NCBI GenBank assembly: GCA_963697895.1
Contig: OY969100.1
Location: 1,312,001-1,376,000, forward strand
Reading direction: 5' to 3'
Length of the DNA stretch: 64,000 nt
Source: an uncultured Methanomicrobiales archaeon
Lineage (GTDB): Archaea > Halobacteriota > Methanomicrobia > Methanomicrobiales > Methanospirillaceae
Position 1 is the first letter of the stretch. Each line of letters starts with the position of its first letter. The position numbers and the translations under genes are program-made. Shown here piece by piece: positions 40,342 through 50,312 of the stretch. The notes beneath the pieces are model-generated. The model was not told the origin of the DNA. It saw only the letters and a program-made list of their open reading frames with translations, and did not search any database.

Positions 40342-41193
40342 TTATCTTCTTTTCACCGCAAGATATGCTGCCACGATAATTCCGCCCCCACAGAGCCAGA
40401 TCGGAAGCGGAATTCCCTTCTTTGTGGTGACCGGAGGTTGTCCGGAGGTGGTTGCGGCGGGTGATGCGGCCGGAGGTTGTCCGGCGGTGGTCGCCTGAAC
40501 GAGGGTCTGTGTTTGTCCCGGGGACGCAGGTGTTCCGGTTGTTCCTGTCAGGTTTGCCAGTGCGGCTTCTTTTGCGGTTTTAGCCAGCGTATAATTCGGT
40601 TCGATCGACAGGGCCTTGTCATACGCAGAGATCGCCCCGGGGTAATCTCCTGTTGCGGCCAGTGCATCTCCTTCACTCACCCACGCACCGGCATGCCCCG
40701 GCTCGAGACTGAGGGCTTTTTGATACAGTGGAATTGCTTCGGAATACCGTCCCAGTGCCGAGAGCGCATTAGCTTTCCCGTAATAGGCGAGGTACCCATA
40801 TTCCGGGTATATCGTGAGGGCCTTGTCATACGCCGCGATCGCCTCGTCATACCGCCCGAGCCCGTACAGTGCATTGCCTTTCTGATACCAGGCTTTCGCA
40901 TATGAAGGGTTGATCGCGATCGCCTTGTCGAAGGCATCATTTGCTTCCGCATACCTGCCAAGAGCGTTCAGTGCAATTCCTTTGCCGCAAAATGCCGGGG
41001 CCGACCGGGGGTCGAGGGCAATCGATTGATTATAGTATCCGATTGCCTGTTCGTACTGCCCCTGGTCAACCGCCTCATCTCCCATGATCACATAGTTCCC
41101 CGCCGACTGTGCAATAACCGGGGCACCGAATGCGGCAATACCTGCAACGAAGATGCAGATGATGCTCATCCGTCTCAGAAACCGATCTATCAT
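40342..41193 (-). CDS. Exported TPR protein with C-terminal membrane anchor
   Basis: Signal peptide, about five TPRs (AWYQKGNALYGLGRYDEAI), Thr/Pro linker, GIPLP-TM-KRR tail. Start codon uncertain. Confidence 0.88.
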   Translation of the reverse strand: MIDRFLRRMSIICIFVAGIAAFGAPVIAQSAGNYVIMGDEAVDQGQYEQAIGYYNQSIALDPRSAPAFCGKGIALNALGRYAEANDAFDKAIAINPSYAKAWYQKGNALYGLGRYDEAIAAYDKALTIYPEYGYLAYYGKANALSALGRYSEAIPLYQKALSLEPGHAGAWVSEGDALAATGDYPGAISAYDKALSIEPNYTLAKTAKEAALANLTGTTGTPASPGQTQTLVQATTAGQPPAASPAATTSGQPPVTTKKGIPLPIWLCGGGIIVAAYLAVKRR

Positions 41194-41409
41194 CAAGAGG
41201 ACCATCTCCCTGGCACAGACACCATGCCAGTGAGGTAACCTGGGAATATGAGGAGAAAAAAGTTGCTTTTATCTGTCGTTCCTCCCCACCGGCTAAGCTC
41301 CTCCGCCGAATACACAGACTCTTCATATAGAGCATGGCAGTATTTTCCCTCCGCCGGGAGAGTAAATCTCCTGGAGAGCCTCGGAGCGATGAGGGGAGAG
41401 AAATAATAT

Positions 41410-42297
41410 TCACCCGAGGGTACTCTTCAGGGGAATGCCGTTCGCCCAGTAAATTCCGGTGTCGCCCCCAGGTAGGATATCGTACGTATACTCCCCGGTA
41501 TACGGAATCGGATCTGTGCCGATCACCACCGCCCCGTCCAGCAGGTCACCCGGGTGAAGGATGCCGAGCGTCCGATCATCCGTCGTCGGGTGCCCGGGAG
41601 AACCAAAGATTTCCCGTCCATCCGAAAGCCGGAGGTGAATGACGCGATGCGAGGGAGGGACTCGCGTTTTGATCGTCTGCACGATGGGGACCGCGCTCCT
41701 CGACCCGTTCGCATCTCGTGTCCAGACGGACATTCCCGACTCGAGTTCATTCGCCGCAACGGGACCATCCGGGGTATCGATGCAGGTTCCCCGGGCGAGG
41801 CAGATGGGGCAGGTCAGGAATGCCTCTTCAAAATGTTCCTCGAGGATCACCCCGTCGGTGCGGATGATGCCCGAGACCCTGCGGCCTCCCTCATCGGTCT
41901 CCAGCGCGAGGCTGAACGAGTACGTGTCATCGGTCACCGGGGTAAGGGGAATCGCATTTAATTTTTTGTTCTCGCGGTAAACGATGAGTTTGGTTTCGTC
42001 CGAAAACGGAGGCTGCAGGTCTTTCCTCGCCACGATCGCATCAAATTCTTCCGTATTGTTTTCAATGACCGGGAATGCTTCAATCGCCTTCGCCTGTTCG
42101 TCGCCATGACTGACCGGGTAATAATCCGGATCACAATAGAAGAACCGGCTCTCGTTATAATGGTCCAGGAGGAGGTACTTCAACTCAGTCGGCGAATACG
42201 TCGTATTCGGCGTCGGTGGCGGCCCGCCACCTCCGGGAGCCGTGCCGCCGGCGATGATGACGATCACGAGGACAAGAATGGCAAGAAGGCACTTCAT
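41410..42297 (-). CDS. Exported protein with C-terminal hedgehog/intein (Hint) domain
   Basis: Signal peptide MKCLLAILV...; Hint block A CLARGTCIDTPDG, block B GSPGHP, block F/G YTYDI...YWANGIPLKS. Confidence 0.88.
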   Translation of the reverse strand: MKCLLAILVLVIVIIAGGTAPGGGGPPPTPNTTYSPTELKYLLLDHYNESRFFYCDPDYYPVSHGDEQAKAIEAFPVIENNTEEFDAIVARKDLQPPFSDETKLIVYRENKKLNAIPLTPVTDDTYSFSLALETDEGGRRVSGIIRTDGVILEEHFEEAFLTCPICLARGTCIDTPDGPVAANELESGMSVWTRDANGSRSAVPIVQTIKTRVPPSHRVIHLRLSDGREIFGSPGHPTTDDRTLGILHPGDLLDGAVVIGTDPIPYTGEYTYDILPGGDTGIYWANGIPLKSTLG

Positions 42298-42549
42298 GAA
42301 ATTTTTACCCTTACTTTCTCGATCCAATGTCAGTCCCTCTATAATATGTTGCTCTACCGGTCCTACGGGAAAAAGTGATCCTATAGAATGAATGCCCTGT
42401 TTCGCACGCAATGTCAGGTTCCATATCGGAACATCCGGGGACAGGCTCTCTCTCCTCTTCCGGCCCCTCCCTGTCTTGACCATCCCTGGCCGTGACTGAG
42501 GCCCGGAGAGACGATCTTGATATCTCTCCCTGCTGACAATCTGTCATCT

Positions 42550-43227
42550 ATGCAGTTCAGCCCCGAAGTACTCAGATCCTTTCCCGGCATCTCAGTCGCC
42601 GAGAGCGATATCCGGTCCGTTATCATCATGGAGGAGAGTCCCGGCCTGGAAGCCCTGAAAGCGATCTCCACCGGCGAGATCCAGGCCCGTTATACCCGGG
42701 AAAAGATCAAGGACGAGCCATTGTTCCGGGCATTCCGGGACTTCTTCTGGAGCGTCGGTGTGGACCCCACGAAGACGCGGCCGGCCTCCGAGGCACTGGT
42801 CAGGAGGATCGTCTCCGGGGGGAGCCTGCCCCGGATCAATACCGCAGTGGATGCCTACAACCTGGCTTCGGCCGAGAGCGGTATTCCCATCGCGGCATTT
42901 GACGCAGACACGCTCTTTGGGGACCTGACGCTCCGGTTCGCCCAAGCCGGAGAACGATTTACCGGCATCGGGATGAAGGAGCCGGTATGGCTTCAGGAGA
43001 AGCAGGTCATCATGACCGATTCGACGAAGATCATCGCGATCTATCCCTACCGCGATTCGGAGGTGACAAAAGTGACCCCCGCCACAAAGAATATCCACAT
43101 CGTCTCCTGTGGTGTCCCGAAGGTCGCCACCAGCACGGTTGTCCAGGCCTGCGAACTCTGTGCTCTGTACCTGAAGGAATACACCCACGGGATCCCGACA
43201 GGGCCGCCACTCGTATCTCCCGGGTGA
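42550..43227 (+). CDS. B3/B4 tRNA-binding (PheRS-beta editing-like) domain protein
   Basis: FFWSVGVDPTKTRPASEAL, INTAVDAYNLAS, YPYRDSEVTKV. Confidence 0.9.
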   Translation: MQFSPEVLRSFPGISVAESDIRSVIIMEESPGLEALKAISTGEIQARYTREKIKDEPLFRAFRDFFWSVGVDPTKTRPASEALVRRIVSGGSLPRINTAVDAYNLASAESGIPIAAFDADTLFGDLTLRFAQAGERFTGIGMKEPVWLQEKQVIMTDSTKIIAIYPYRDSEVTKVTPATKNIHIVSCGVPKVATSTVVQACELCALYLKEYTHGIPTGPPLVSPG

Positions 43228-43380
43228 TTCGAAAAGAGTTCCAAGAGTTTTCGGATTTCCTTTTTTGAGATGCCGGATCGACTGGTATGGGTTTCTCCGG
43301 CGTCTTCAGAACCCGGATCACGAATGTATTATAGCGGAAAAATAATCAGCCTTTTATCTCCGGATGCCGATCAGTCTGCA

Positions 43381-43611
43381 ATGAAGATCCTTCCCCTCAT
43401 TCTCGTCCTGATCATCGTCGCCTGTGCTGTCATGATCGGGTACCTCCTGCTCTATATTCCCTATGAATGCCAGAATCTTGTCGTTCGTTCCGGTGGATCC
43501 GCTTCGTGCGGGTTGAACGCCGGGGCGTATGTCATCGCTGCCCTGGATGCCATCATCGCGGTTGCAGCGGCCGTCGTGCTTATCCATGGACGCAAAAAGG
43601 ATCAGGGATGA
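43381..43611 (+). CDS. Small two-TM membrane protein
   Basis: MKILPLILV...; two hydrophobic helices around a Cys-containing loop. Confidence 0.6.
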   Translation: MKILPLILVLIIVACAVMIGYLLLYIPYECQNLVVRSGGSASCGLNAGAYVIAALDAIIAVAAAVVLIHGRKKDQG

Positions 43612-43693
43612 TGAAATCCACATTTCTTCAACGAGGATGATTCACATATCTTCCTGTTTCAAATATACCGTCTTCCTAATCTTTTGATCGATA

Positions 43694-44356
43694 ATGCCCG
43701 AAGAGAACCCTCCTGACACCGAACAGGTAGGAAAGTCGAGGATGGAAGCATTGAGTGATGGGATATTTGCCTTCGCCATGACCCTGATGGTGATCAGCCT
43801 CGCAGTCCCCGTAATACCGGTCAAGGAAGCCCCCGAACTCCTGCCCGGTATCCTCGCGGGGATGTGGAACCAGTTTCTCATCTTCATCATCGCGTTCTTT
43901 GTCATCGCTTCATTCTGGCGCTCCCACCACCGTATCGTCGGGCGGGTGCGGTACGTGAATGACCGGCTCATCTGGATCAATATCCTGTTTCTCTTCTTCA
44001 TCGTCCTGATCCCCTTCTCCACCGCAACTTCAGGCGATTATACGAATTCTCTGACCGCGGTCCTCCTCTTCCATACGAACCTCCTGATCGCCAGCCTCCT
44101 CCTCACGGGGATGTGGGAATATATCATTCACCATTACGACGAGCTGAACCCCGGCACCAAAAACCCGGGAAGGAAAGGAGCGGAACGGGCCTTCGTGATC
44201 CCGGCCGTTGCGCTGCTCGCGATCGCGGTCTCCTTCGTGAATACCGGAGACAGCATGTGGAGCTATGCCCTCATCCCGGTGATCCTGTTCGTCATCCACC
44301 GGGGTCCTCTTCTGATGAACCGTCTCCGGGGACCTTCATCTGATCACCCCGAATAG
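43694..44356 (+). CDS. TMEM175-family potassium channel (DUF1211)
   Basis: RMEALSDGIFAFAMTL, FWRSHH, LIPFST. Confidence 0.93.
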   Translation: MPEENPPDTEQVGKSRMEALSDGIFAFAMTLMVISLAVPVIPVKEAPELLPGILAGMWNQFLIFIIAFFVIASFWRSHHRIVGRVRYVNDRLIWINILFLFFIVLIPFSTATSGDYTNSLTAVLLFHTNLLIASLLLTGMWEYIIHHYDELNPGTKNPGRKGAERAFVIPAVALLAIAVSFVNTGDSMWSYALIPVILFVIHRGPLLMNRLRGPSSDHPE

Positions 44357-44972
44357 ATCTCCCGGGGGATTATTCCTCAAGGACCTGCACTCAGATAACC
44401 CAGGCCTCATCGGGAAACATTCCTGGTGACCTGCATCCAGATAACCCTTTTACGTGCGTATTTTCACCTGCATCCGGATCCAGGACCCCATTTCTGCCGA
44501 ATCGCTGAACACGCAGGTTAAAAATTTCGATTAAATCGTTTATTTATTGAAAATGATGGATTTAATCAGAATTTGCGGGTGCATAATAGCGCGGAACAGA
44601 CAAGGGGTGTTTCCCCGAGGTATAACCGGTCGGTCAGGAGGAGAACATCCCCCGTTACCCTCAATAACGGGGCGTATTTTGAGCGGGATTTTTGCGAAAA
44701 TTGAAGATTATCTAAGGGTTTCAGGAACCGGATGGATGTAATTGCGACCTGTCATCTTCGTTCCATTCGGCTGCCGGATCCGGATCGATATCCGGTTATT
44801 CCGGGAGGTTGCAGGGACCAGGTTTTCGATCTCTGTTTGAATCAACGTTGCCTTCGAGATGAGTGTTCCACAAATCCCATTCACCTACGAACGAATCATT
44901 ATCATATCCCAAACCTTACCCAAAAAGAATGTTGAGCAACAATGATCGCAAGGGCACCGGAGGAAGTCCAGG

Positions 44973-45542
44973 ATGAGAATGATCGATGCGATGATCCGTG
45001 AGCAGGAGGGGGGGGCCCAGATCGAATTCCAGTTCAAGGCCATCGGCCAGCTGGTTGATACCGACGATCCATCCTCGCTTGCCGAGAAAGAACTGACGGA
45101 AGAGGCCGAGGATGCGATATACACTTACACGGACAAGGTCGGCTACAGAAAACCAGCGAGCATCGTGGTCAGGTTTCCTTCATCCGTGGAATTTCCCGAT
45201 ACCGCAACGAGTATCCCGCATGCAATCCGATCCCACTTCACCAAGCGGCTGAATGAACTCATGGTAGAACGGGGTATATCATTGCGTGAAGGAAAAGTCA
45301 GTTTCGGGCTCACCGCACTGACCGCTATCGTTACCTTCTGGATCCTCTGGTTTTATGAGGTATATTCCTCTTCCTTCTTCTATCTCCTTCTGACGGGACT
45401 GGTTATCATCATCAACTGGGTGATGATCTGGGATACCTACGAGTATTTCGTGTATGACTGGCGGCGTGCCTGGAGAAAACGACGAATCTATACGAAGATC
45501 TCCCAGGCGGATGTGACGGTGCGGGAAACAAATATTCCGTGA
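44973..45542 (+). CDS. Conserved hypothetical membrane protein
   Basis: DPSSLAEKEL...AEDAI, two TM helices, WVMIW..YEYFVYDW; host-like codons. Confidence 0.75.
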   Translation: MRMIDAMIREQEGGAQIEFQFKAIGQLVDTDDPSSLAEKELTEEAEDAIYTYTDKVGYRKPASIVVRFPSSVEFPDTATSIPHAIRSHFTKRLNELMVERGISLREGKVSFGLTALTAIVTFWILWFYEVYSSSFFYLLLTGLVIIINWVMIWDTYEYFVYDWRRAWRKRRIYTKISQADVTVRETNIP

Positions 45543-45591
45543 TTTCAAAAAAAATAGTATCGGTATATCAGATGAGCGCCCCGCAAAGCCA

Positions 45592-46650
45592 TCACTCGTC
45601 GGGAAGATCGACCCACCGGGAGAGACTCCCCATCCGTCTGAACGCCTCGAGTATCGGGAGTTCAATCCCCGACCGGCGGGCATTCCGGTAGAACCGCCAC
45701 CGGTCGCGCAATCTCGGCCCGCCCCGTTTTCCCTGTTCGAGGAGGAAATCGAGGGTTTCGCGCTCCTTTCTCATCCATGCGAACCGGGCAAGCACCTTAC
45801 GGGTGTATTCCTCCGGATCCGGCCAGGAGTCTGCGAGAATTCGCGCACACTCGAGCGAGTACACGATTCCTTCACCGGTGAACGGGGATACGGTCCCTAC
45901 AGATTCACCAACTCCGATGATCAGCTGAGGTGTCTTTCCTTTCCGGGTCCTTGACAGGCACAGCGGGGTCGAATAGTACGGGGAAGCAACCCGGACGACC
46001 CCGGCACAGCGACAGATGGTCCTGAACGAAAACCGGTCGGAGGATTCCCGGTAAAACCGTTCGATGAGCCTGCCGAGATGCACCAGGCCGATGCCGCCGA
46101 TGCCGATGTGGTACTGCCCGTTGCCGAGCGGAAAGATCCACAGGTACCCGAGCCCGGGAATCCGGTTCCCGTACACACCTGCCTCGAGGCGGTCACCCCC
46201 GATTGACTCAACGGCCACCCGGTGCTGAACGGTCGGCAGCATCAGATCGGACCGGCAGGGCGGGAGGAGCGCCCGGGAGATCCCGGTCGCGTCCACGAGT
46301 ACATCATACGTATCTGCCAGTCCGGGCTCCAGTTTCTTTTTATTCAGCCTGATCCCCGAATTCAGATCCCGGACAAGCCGGGGTTTGTTGACGGTGCAGA
46401 GAGGCGTCTTTGCCACGAGGCCATCGAAGTTCATCGAGAACATCGGTTCGATCAGGTACTCGTCCAGGTCGAGATCGACCGCGGCAAGGTACCGTTCGAT
46501 CCCGACCGGTGCCCCCCACCCGCAGGAACGGCACCCGCAGGTGGTGTCGTGTTCCCCCGGATCATAGACATCCGGGACGATTCCCTTCTGTTCGAGGAGT
46601 TTCGCCAGGTACCCACCGGCGATCCCGGCACCGACGATCGCGACCTTCAT
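45592..46650 (-). CDS. Geranylgeranyl-reductase-like FAD-dependent oxidoreductase
   Basis: True start MKVAIVGAGIAG at 46650 (Rossmann fold); VDATG, GYLWIFP, VGESVGTVSPFTGEGI. Confidence 0.88.
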   Translation of the reverse strand: MKVAIVGAGIAGGYLAKLLEQKGIVPDVYDPGEHDTTCGCRSCGWGAPVGIERYLAAVDLDLDEYLIEPMFSMNFDGLVAKTPLCTVNKPRLVRDLNSGIRLNKKKLEPGLADTYDVLVDATGISRALLPPCRSDLMLPTVQHRVAVESIGGDRLEAGVYGNRIPGLGYLWIFPLGNGQYHIGIGGIGLVHLGRLIERFYRESSDRFSFRTICRCAGVVRVASPYYSTPLCLSRTRKGKTPQLIIGVGESVGTVSPFTGEGIVYSLECARILADSWPDPEEYTRKVLARFAWMRKERETLDFLLEQGKRGGPRLRDRWRFYRNARRSGIELPILEAFRRMGSLSRWVDLPDE

Positions 46651-47594
46651 AGGAACCTCCCGCTGAAAACCACTAACAGCACGACGATCACGACTGCGTG
46701 CACCAGCGATGCCCCGACCTGCTGGAGCATCAGCTTGTTCGCCTTCGCCTCGAAATCGGGGAAGATGGAGTACATGGCCCGGGTGCAGAGCTGATCGATC
46801 CGTGCCCCGAGGACCGTATTGATCACCGCGATAATAGCAGTCGCCAGGACGATCAGGTAGGCAAGCCCGATCCCGAGGATCAGGGCCAGGGGATAGATCA
46901 TCAGGACCGCGACGAGCATGGTGACGATCCCGTAGATCGTCGAGTGCGGCACTCCCGGGTACTGTACGGACGAGGTGCATTTCCCGCCCTCCCGATCGGA
47001 ATGGACATCCCGGCGCATCATGGAGACGCCGAAACAGGTCACTGTCATGCCCTGCAGCAGGGAGAGGATAAACGCGAGCAGGGAAAAAATGCCGGTCGCC
47101 GCATAGACGATCGTCACGGTCACCCCCACGACCAGCCAGGGGAAGATGTACCATTCGGTGAACGGCTGGTGCCCTAGCGCTATCCGGGGGTGATTGTACC
47201 CATAATCGAAGAAGAAGCCGAGGATGAACAGCAGGGGTATGAATATCCGGTAAATGGTCAGGTACGCCGCGAGGATAATGATCACGACCGTGATGATCGC
47301 AGACATCGTGCGGTAATTTTTCACCGTCGCCCACCCGGAGACCAGGGGACGGTCCCGCCCGGTCTCTTCGCTCTTCTCCTTCCGGTCGATCTCGAGGTCC
47401 ATGATATCGTTCCATATGTGGGCATCGATATGGACCAGGACCGCAGCGACAACGGCAATCACGAACAGGGCCCAGTCGGCTTCTGCAAACCCGGTCTCCC
47501 AGATGGTCACCACGAAGCCGATCAGGATGGCAGCCCCGGTGAACGGTATGAGCCCCTCTATCCGCAGGATGTGCCAGAGTGTGCGTGGGTTCAT
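46647..47594 (-). CDS. UbiA-superfamily prenyltransferase, MenA-like
   Basis: HIWNDIMDLEID and RRDVHSDREGGKCT aspartate motifs; multiple TM helices; 4-nt overlap with the reductase. Confidence 0.85.
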   Translation of the reverse strand: MNPRTLWHILRIEGLIPFTGAAILIGFVVTIWETGFAEADWALFVIAVVAAVLVHIDAHIWNDIMDLEIDRKEKSEETGRDRPLVSGWATVKNYRTMSAIITVVIIILAAYLTIYRIFIPLLFILGFFFDYGYNHPRIALGHQPFTEWYIFPWLVVGVTVTIVYAATGIFSLLAFILSLLQGMTVTCFGVSMMRRDVHSDREGGKCTSSVQYPGVPHSTIYGIVTMLVAVLMIYPLALILGIGLAYLIVLATAIIAVINTVLGARIDQLCTRAMYSIFPDFEAKANKLMLQQVGASLVHAVVIVVLLVVFSGRFL

Positions 47595-47834
47595 GGTATC
47601 TCTCGTCTGTCGTTGCTGTCAACCCGTTTGAACGAGCAGAATTTATGGTGATATTGAACGGGTCTGTTAATAATTGACCGGTTGGCGATGAGATCCCCGG
47701 AGATGTCCCCCGATAACCCTCTGACGTTCTGGTATGAGGGCGAGATTGATAAAGGTGAACGTACATTATCCTCACCCAACGGGAATCCCCGTGGAATCTG
47801 ATGGGAACAATAGTACCCCCGTCGGTGATCAAAG

Positions 47835-48536
47835 ATGATGCCACTTCCTGTGCAGTCCCGGATCGACCAGTTGCTCCTTGAGCAGCAGGCGCTTCGCGAC
47901 TATCCGGATGAATCTTTTGTGAGAGTAATCCAGGGAATCGGTTTTGCCTGCGCACGGTGCGCCCGCTGTTGCACGAAATTATTCAAGGGGCGTATTTATC
48001 TCCTCGACCGCGATGTCTCCGTGATCCGCGCCATATGCCCGGGTGCACTGATTCCGGCACCTTATTTCGATTATTGCGACCAATATGGCAAAATTTACAC
48101 CTCCGGTTACGTACTGCGGACCAGGGAAGGTGGAGCCTGTACCTTCCTTGACGATGTGAACTGTGCGATATACCCGAACCGTCCTCTTGCATGTCAGAGT
48201 TACCCCTTTATGCTCCACCGTGACGTGGATGAAGAAGGGAATAAATACTGGCGTCATTTCGGAAGGCTGGACTGCCATGGGGGATATTCACCGATCAGCG
48301 ATGATGATGCGTATAGCCTTGCCAGCGAGATCAAGGCGTACGAATGTGAGGTCATCGACCATGAACTCCGGTATCTCGCTTTTATCAGGGCCTATTTTGA
48401 GGATCACCAGTTATTCCATGACAGGAGGGCATATGACAATCGTATCAGGGAGTTCCTCCGAGCGGATCCGATCCTTGTCATGGGCTATTACGAGAGGGCA
48501 TTTGAGGAGAACCGGGTACAGCTGTATATGTACTGA
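47835..48536 (+). CDS. YkgJ-family Cys-cluster (Fe-S/Zn) protein
   Basis: FACARCARCC, CTFL...CAIYPNRPLACQSYPF. Confidence 0.9.
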   Translation: MMPLPVQSRIDQLLLEQQALRDYPDESFVRVIQGIGFACARCARCCTKLFKGRIYLLDRDVSVIRAICPGALIPAPYFDYCDQYGKIYTSGYVLRTREGGACTFLDDVNCAIYPNRPLACQSYPFMLHRDVDEEGNKYWRHFGRLDCHGGYSPISDDDAYSLASEIKAYECEVIDHELRYLAFIRAYFEDHQLFHDRRAYDNRIREFLRADPILVMGYYERAFEENRVQLYMY

Positions 48537-48645
48537 TCTGCCCCGGTGACCGGATTCATACGGGGGATGATGACACTTTTTGAGGAGAACCAGGTACAGC
48601 TGTATATGTACTGATCTGCCCCGGTGACGGGGGATGATGACACAA
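48501..48645. repeat. Local ~78-bp duplication of the ykgJ-like 3' end
   Basis: TTTGAGGAGAACC(G/A)GGTACAGCTGTATATGTACTGATCTGCCCCGGTGAC at 48501 and 48579; GGGGGATGATGACAC also appears twice. Confidence 0.85.
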
Positions 48646-48838
48646 TGACATGGCCGTTATACACGGGATGCAGGAATATTTAATGTGGCAGGTTATCGCT
48701 CCTTTCCCGATGACGATGTTGGATAGGCTGCATTTTTTGATTATTCTCCACCGCCCTTAATCCCCGTATCGGGACTATTGCTGCTCCGCTATCCGTGATC
48801 CAGAAACAATGCGGTCCCGCCCGGGATATTCTTCGGAT

Positions 48839-50229
48839 CTATTCAGATGAGGGAACCGTGTCCCCCCGGAGCGCTTGTTCGGCCTGCCGCTGCTGGAGTA
48901 CCGCCGAACAATGACGAATGAACAGGTCGAGAACATCCATGTTCTGCGGGGTAACTCCCGGGGGGAGAATAATGGCCGTGACCCCGTTAACCCGACCCCG
49001 CCACAATAGCCCGGTGGCGAAAATTTTCCCGACAAAGGGGAGGTCTTCAATGGTCCGGCACAATTCCCGTGGCATCTGTCCGAGGGTTATGGTTTCAACA
49101 CCGCCATCGACTTCGATAAATGACTCCGGTAATATCGCATGAAGTCCGTCAGTGGACGAATGGAACTTCAGGCCCCCGAGAGGCCGGCCGATCACCTTCT
49201 CGATCTCCGCAATATTCGCCGCCGGCCCCCGGACGGCTTCCAGCCGGGTTGTGGTATCGGCATGGACCGAGCTGATGATAACGATGGCTCCGGGGTGGAC
49301 GAGATGAGAGAGCGCACCGGCGATGAACCCGAATATATCCCCGTCCGGCGGATAGTCGCTCAGTTCGATCGCTTTTTCCGAGACAAACCTGATGTCGCGG
49401 ATATACGATTCCAGCTGTGAACGTGCGTGTTTTTTCCGGGAGAGATCCGTAAACGATGCGACAAACCCGATAGGAGTTCCGGACTCGTCCTCCATGCTGC
49501 TCACGGACACCTGTGCCTCGAAGGTGGACCCGTCCCTTCGTCGTGCAGTCGCCTGCCCCGACCAGCTTTCAGCTGCAGGAGTTCGGCAATGGCGGTGGGA
49601 GTAATTTCCGGAGATTCAACAAAATCGGTAGCAAATTTTCCGACCACGTCATGCTCATCGGTGTACCCCCATATCGCGAGACCGGCCGGGTTCGCATACT
49701 GTATCCTCCCTTCCCGGTCACAGAGTGCAATGGGGCAGAGAGAGGACCGTACTGCCGCCTCCCTGATTCTCAGCACCGAAGAGAGCCGGTCCTGCTCGCG
49801 TTCCGCACGCCGCCACATCACCGATTCCCGGACCGCGTGTTCCAGCTGGAGGAGCTGCGACCTGATCTGGGAACCCTTCGCGAGAAAGAAATCGGCCCCG
49901 GAGGTAAGGGCATCGATGACCACCTCTTCCCTCATCTGGTCGGAGAAGAGGAGAAATGGGATACGGGAATCGGTGTTCCGGACCTGCCGGAGGAACTCGA
50001 TCCCGTTGCATCCCGGCATGTCGTAGTCGGATATGATCGCATCATAGTCAAGCCCCGGGAACATCCTCAGGGCCTCAGCTCCGGATATCGCAGAGTCAAT
50101 GGACAGATCGCCCGATTGCTCAAGAAAATGTTTTACCAGTTCCCGGATTGCCGGATCATCATCAGCGTGCAATACCCGGATCAAATTCCCCCATTCCCCC
50201 CAGAATGGTACATGGTATCGAACATGCAC
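48839..50229 (-). pseudogene. Receiver + PAS signalling protein, split by a -1 frameshift
   Basis: REC (VLHADDD, ISDYDMPG) then PAS. Adding one base at the T-run 49567-49569 restores LKSWSGQATARRRDGSTFEAQVSVS. True start probably slightly downstream of 50229. Confidence 0.8.
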
Positions 50230-50312
50230 GCACGATTATTTAATCATTGCGAAGTGAGCAGCGAAAAAATAGTACTCAATAATAATGGGTTAAAATCAAA
50301 GTAATCAGGGAG

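Noticed and set aside
41410-41802. Hint domain as a true intein
   Set aside because: No terminal His-Asn, no C-extein nucleophile context and no endonuclease; it ends the protein.
45592-47955. 787-aa ORF as a single fusion protein
   Set aside because: The N-terminal ~430 aa is an off-frame read through the prenyltransferase; the real reductase starts at 46650.
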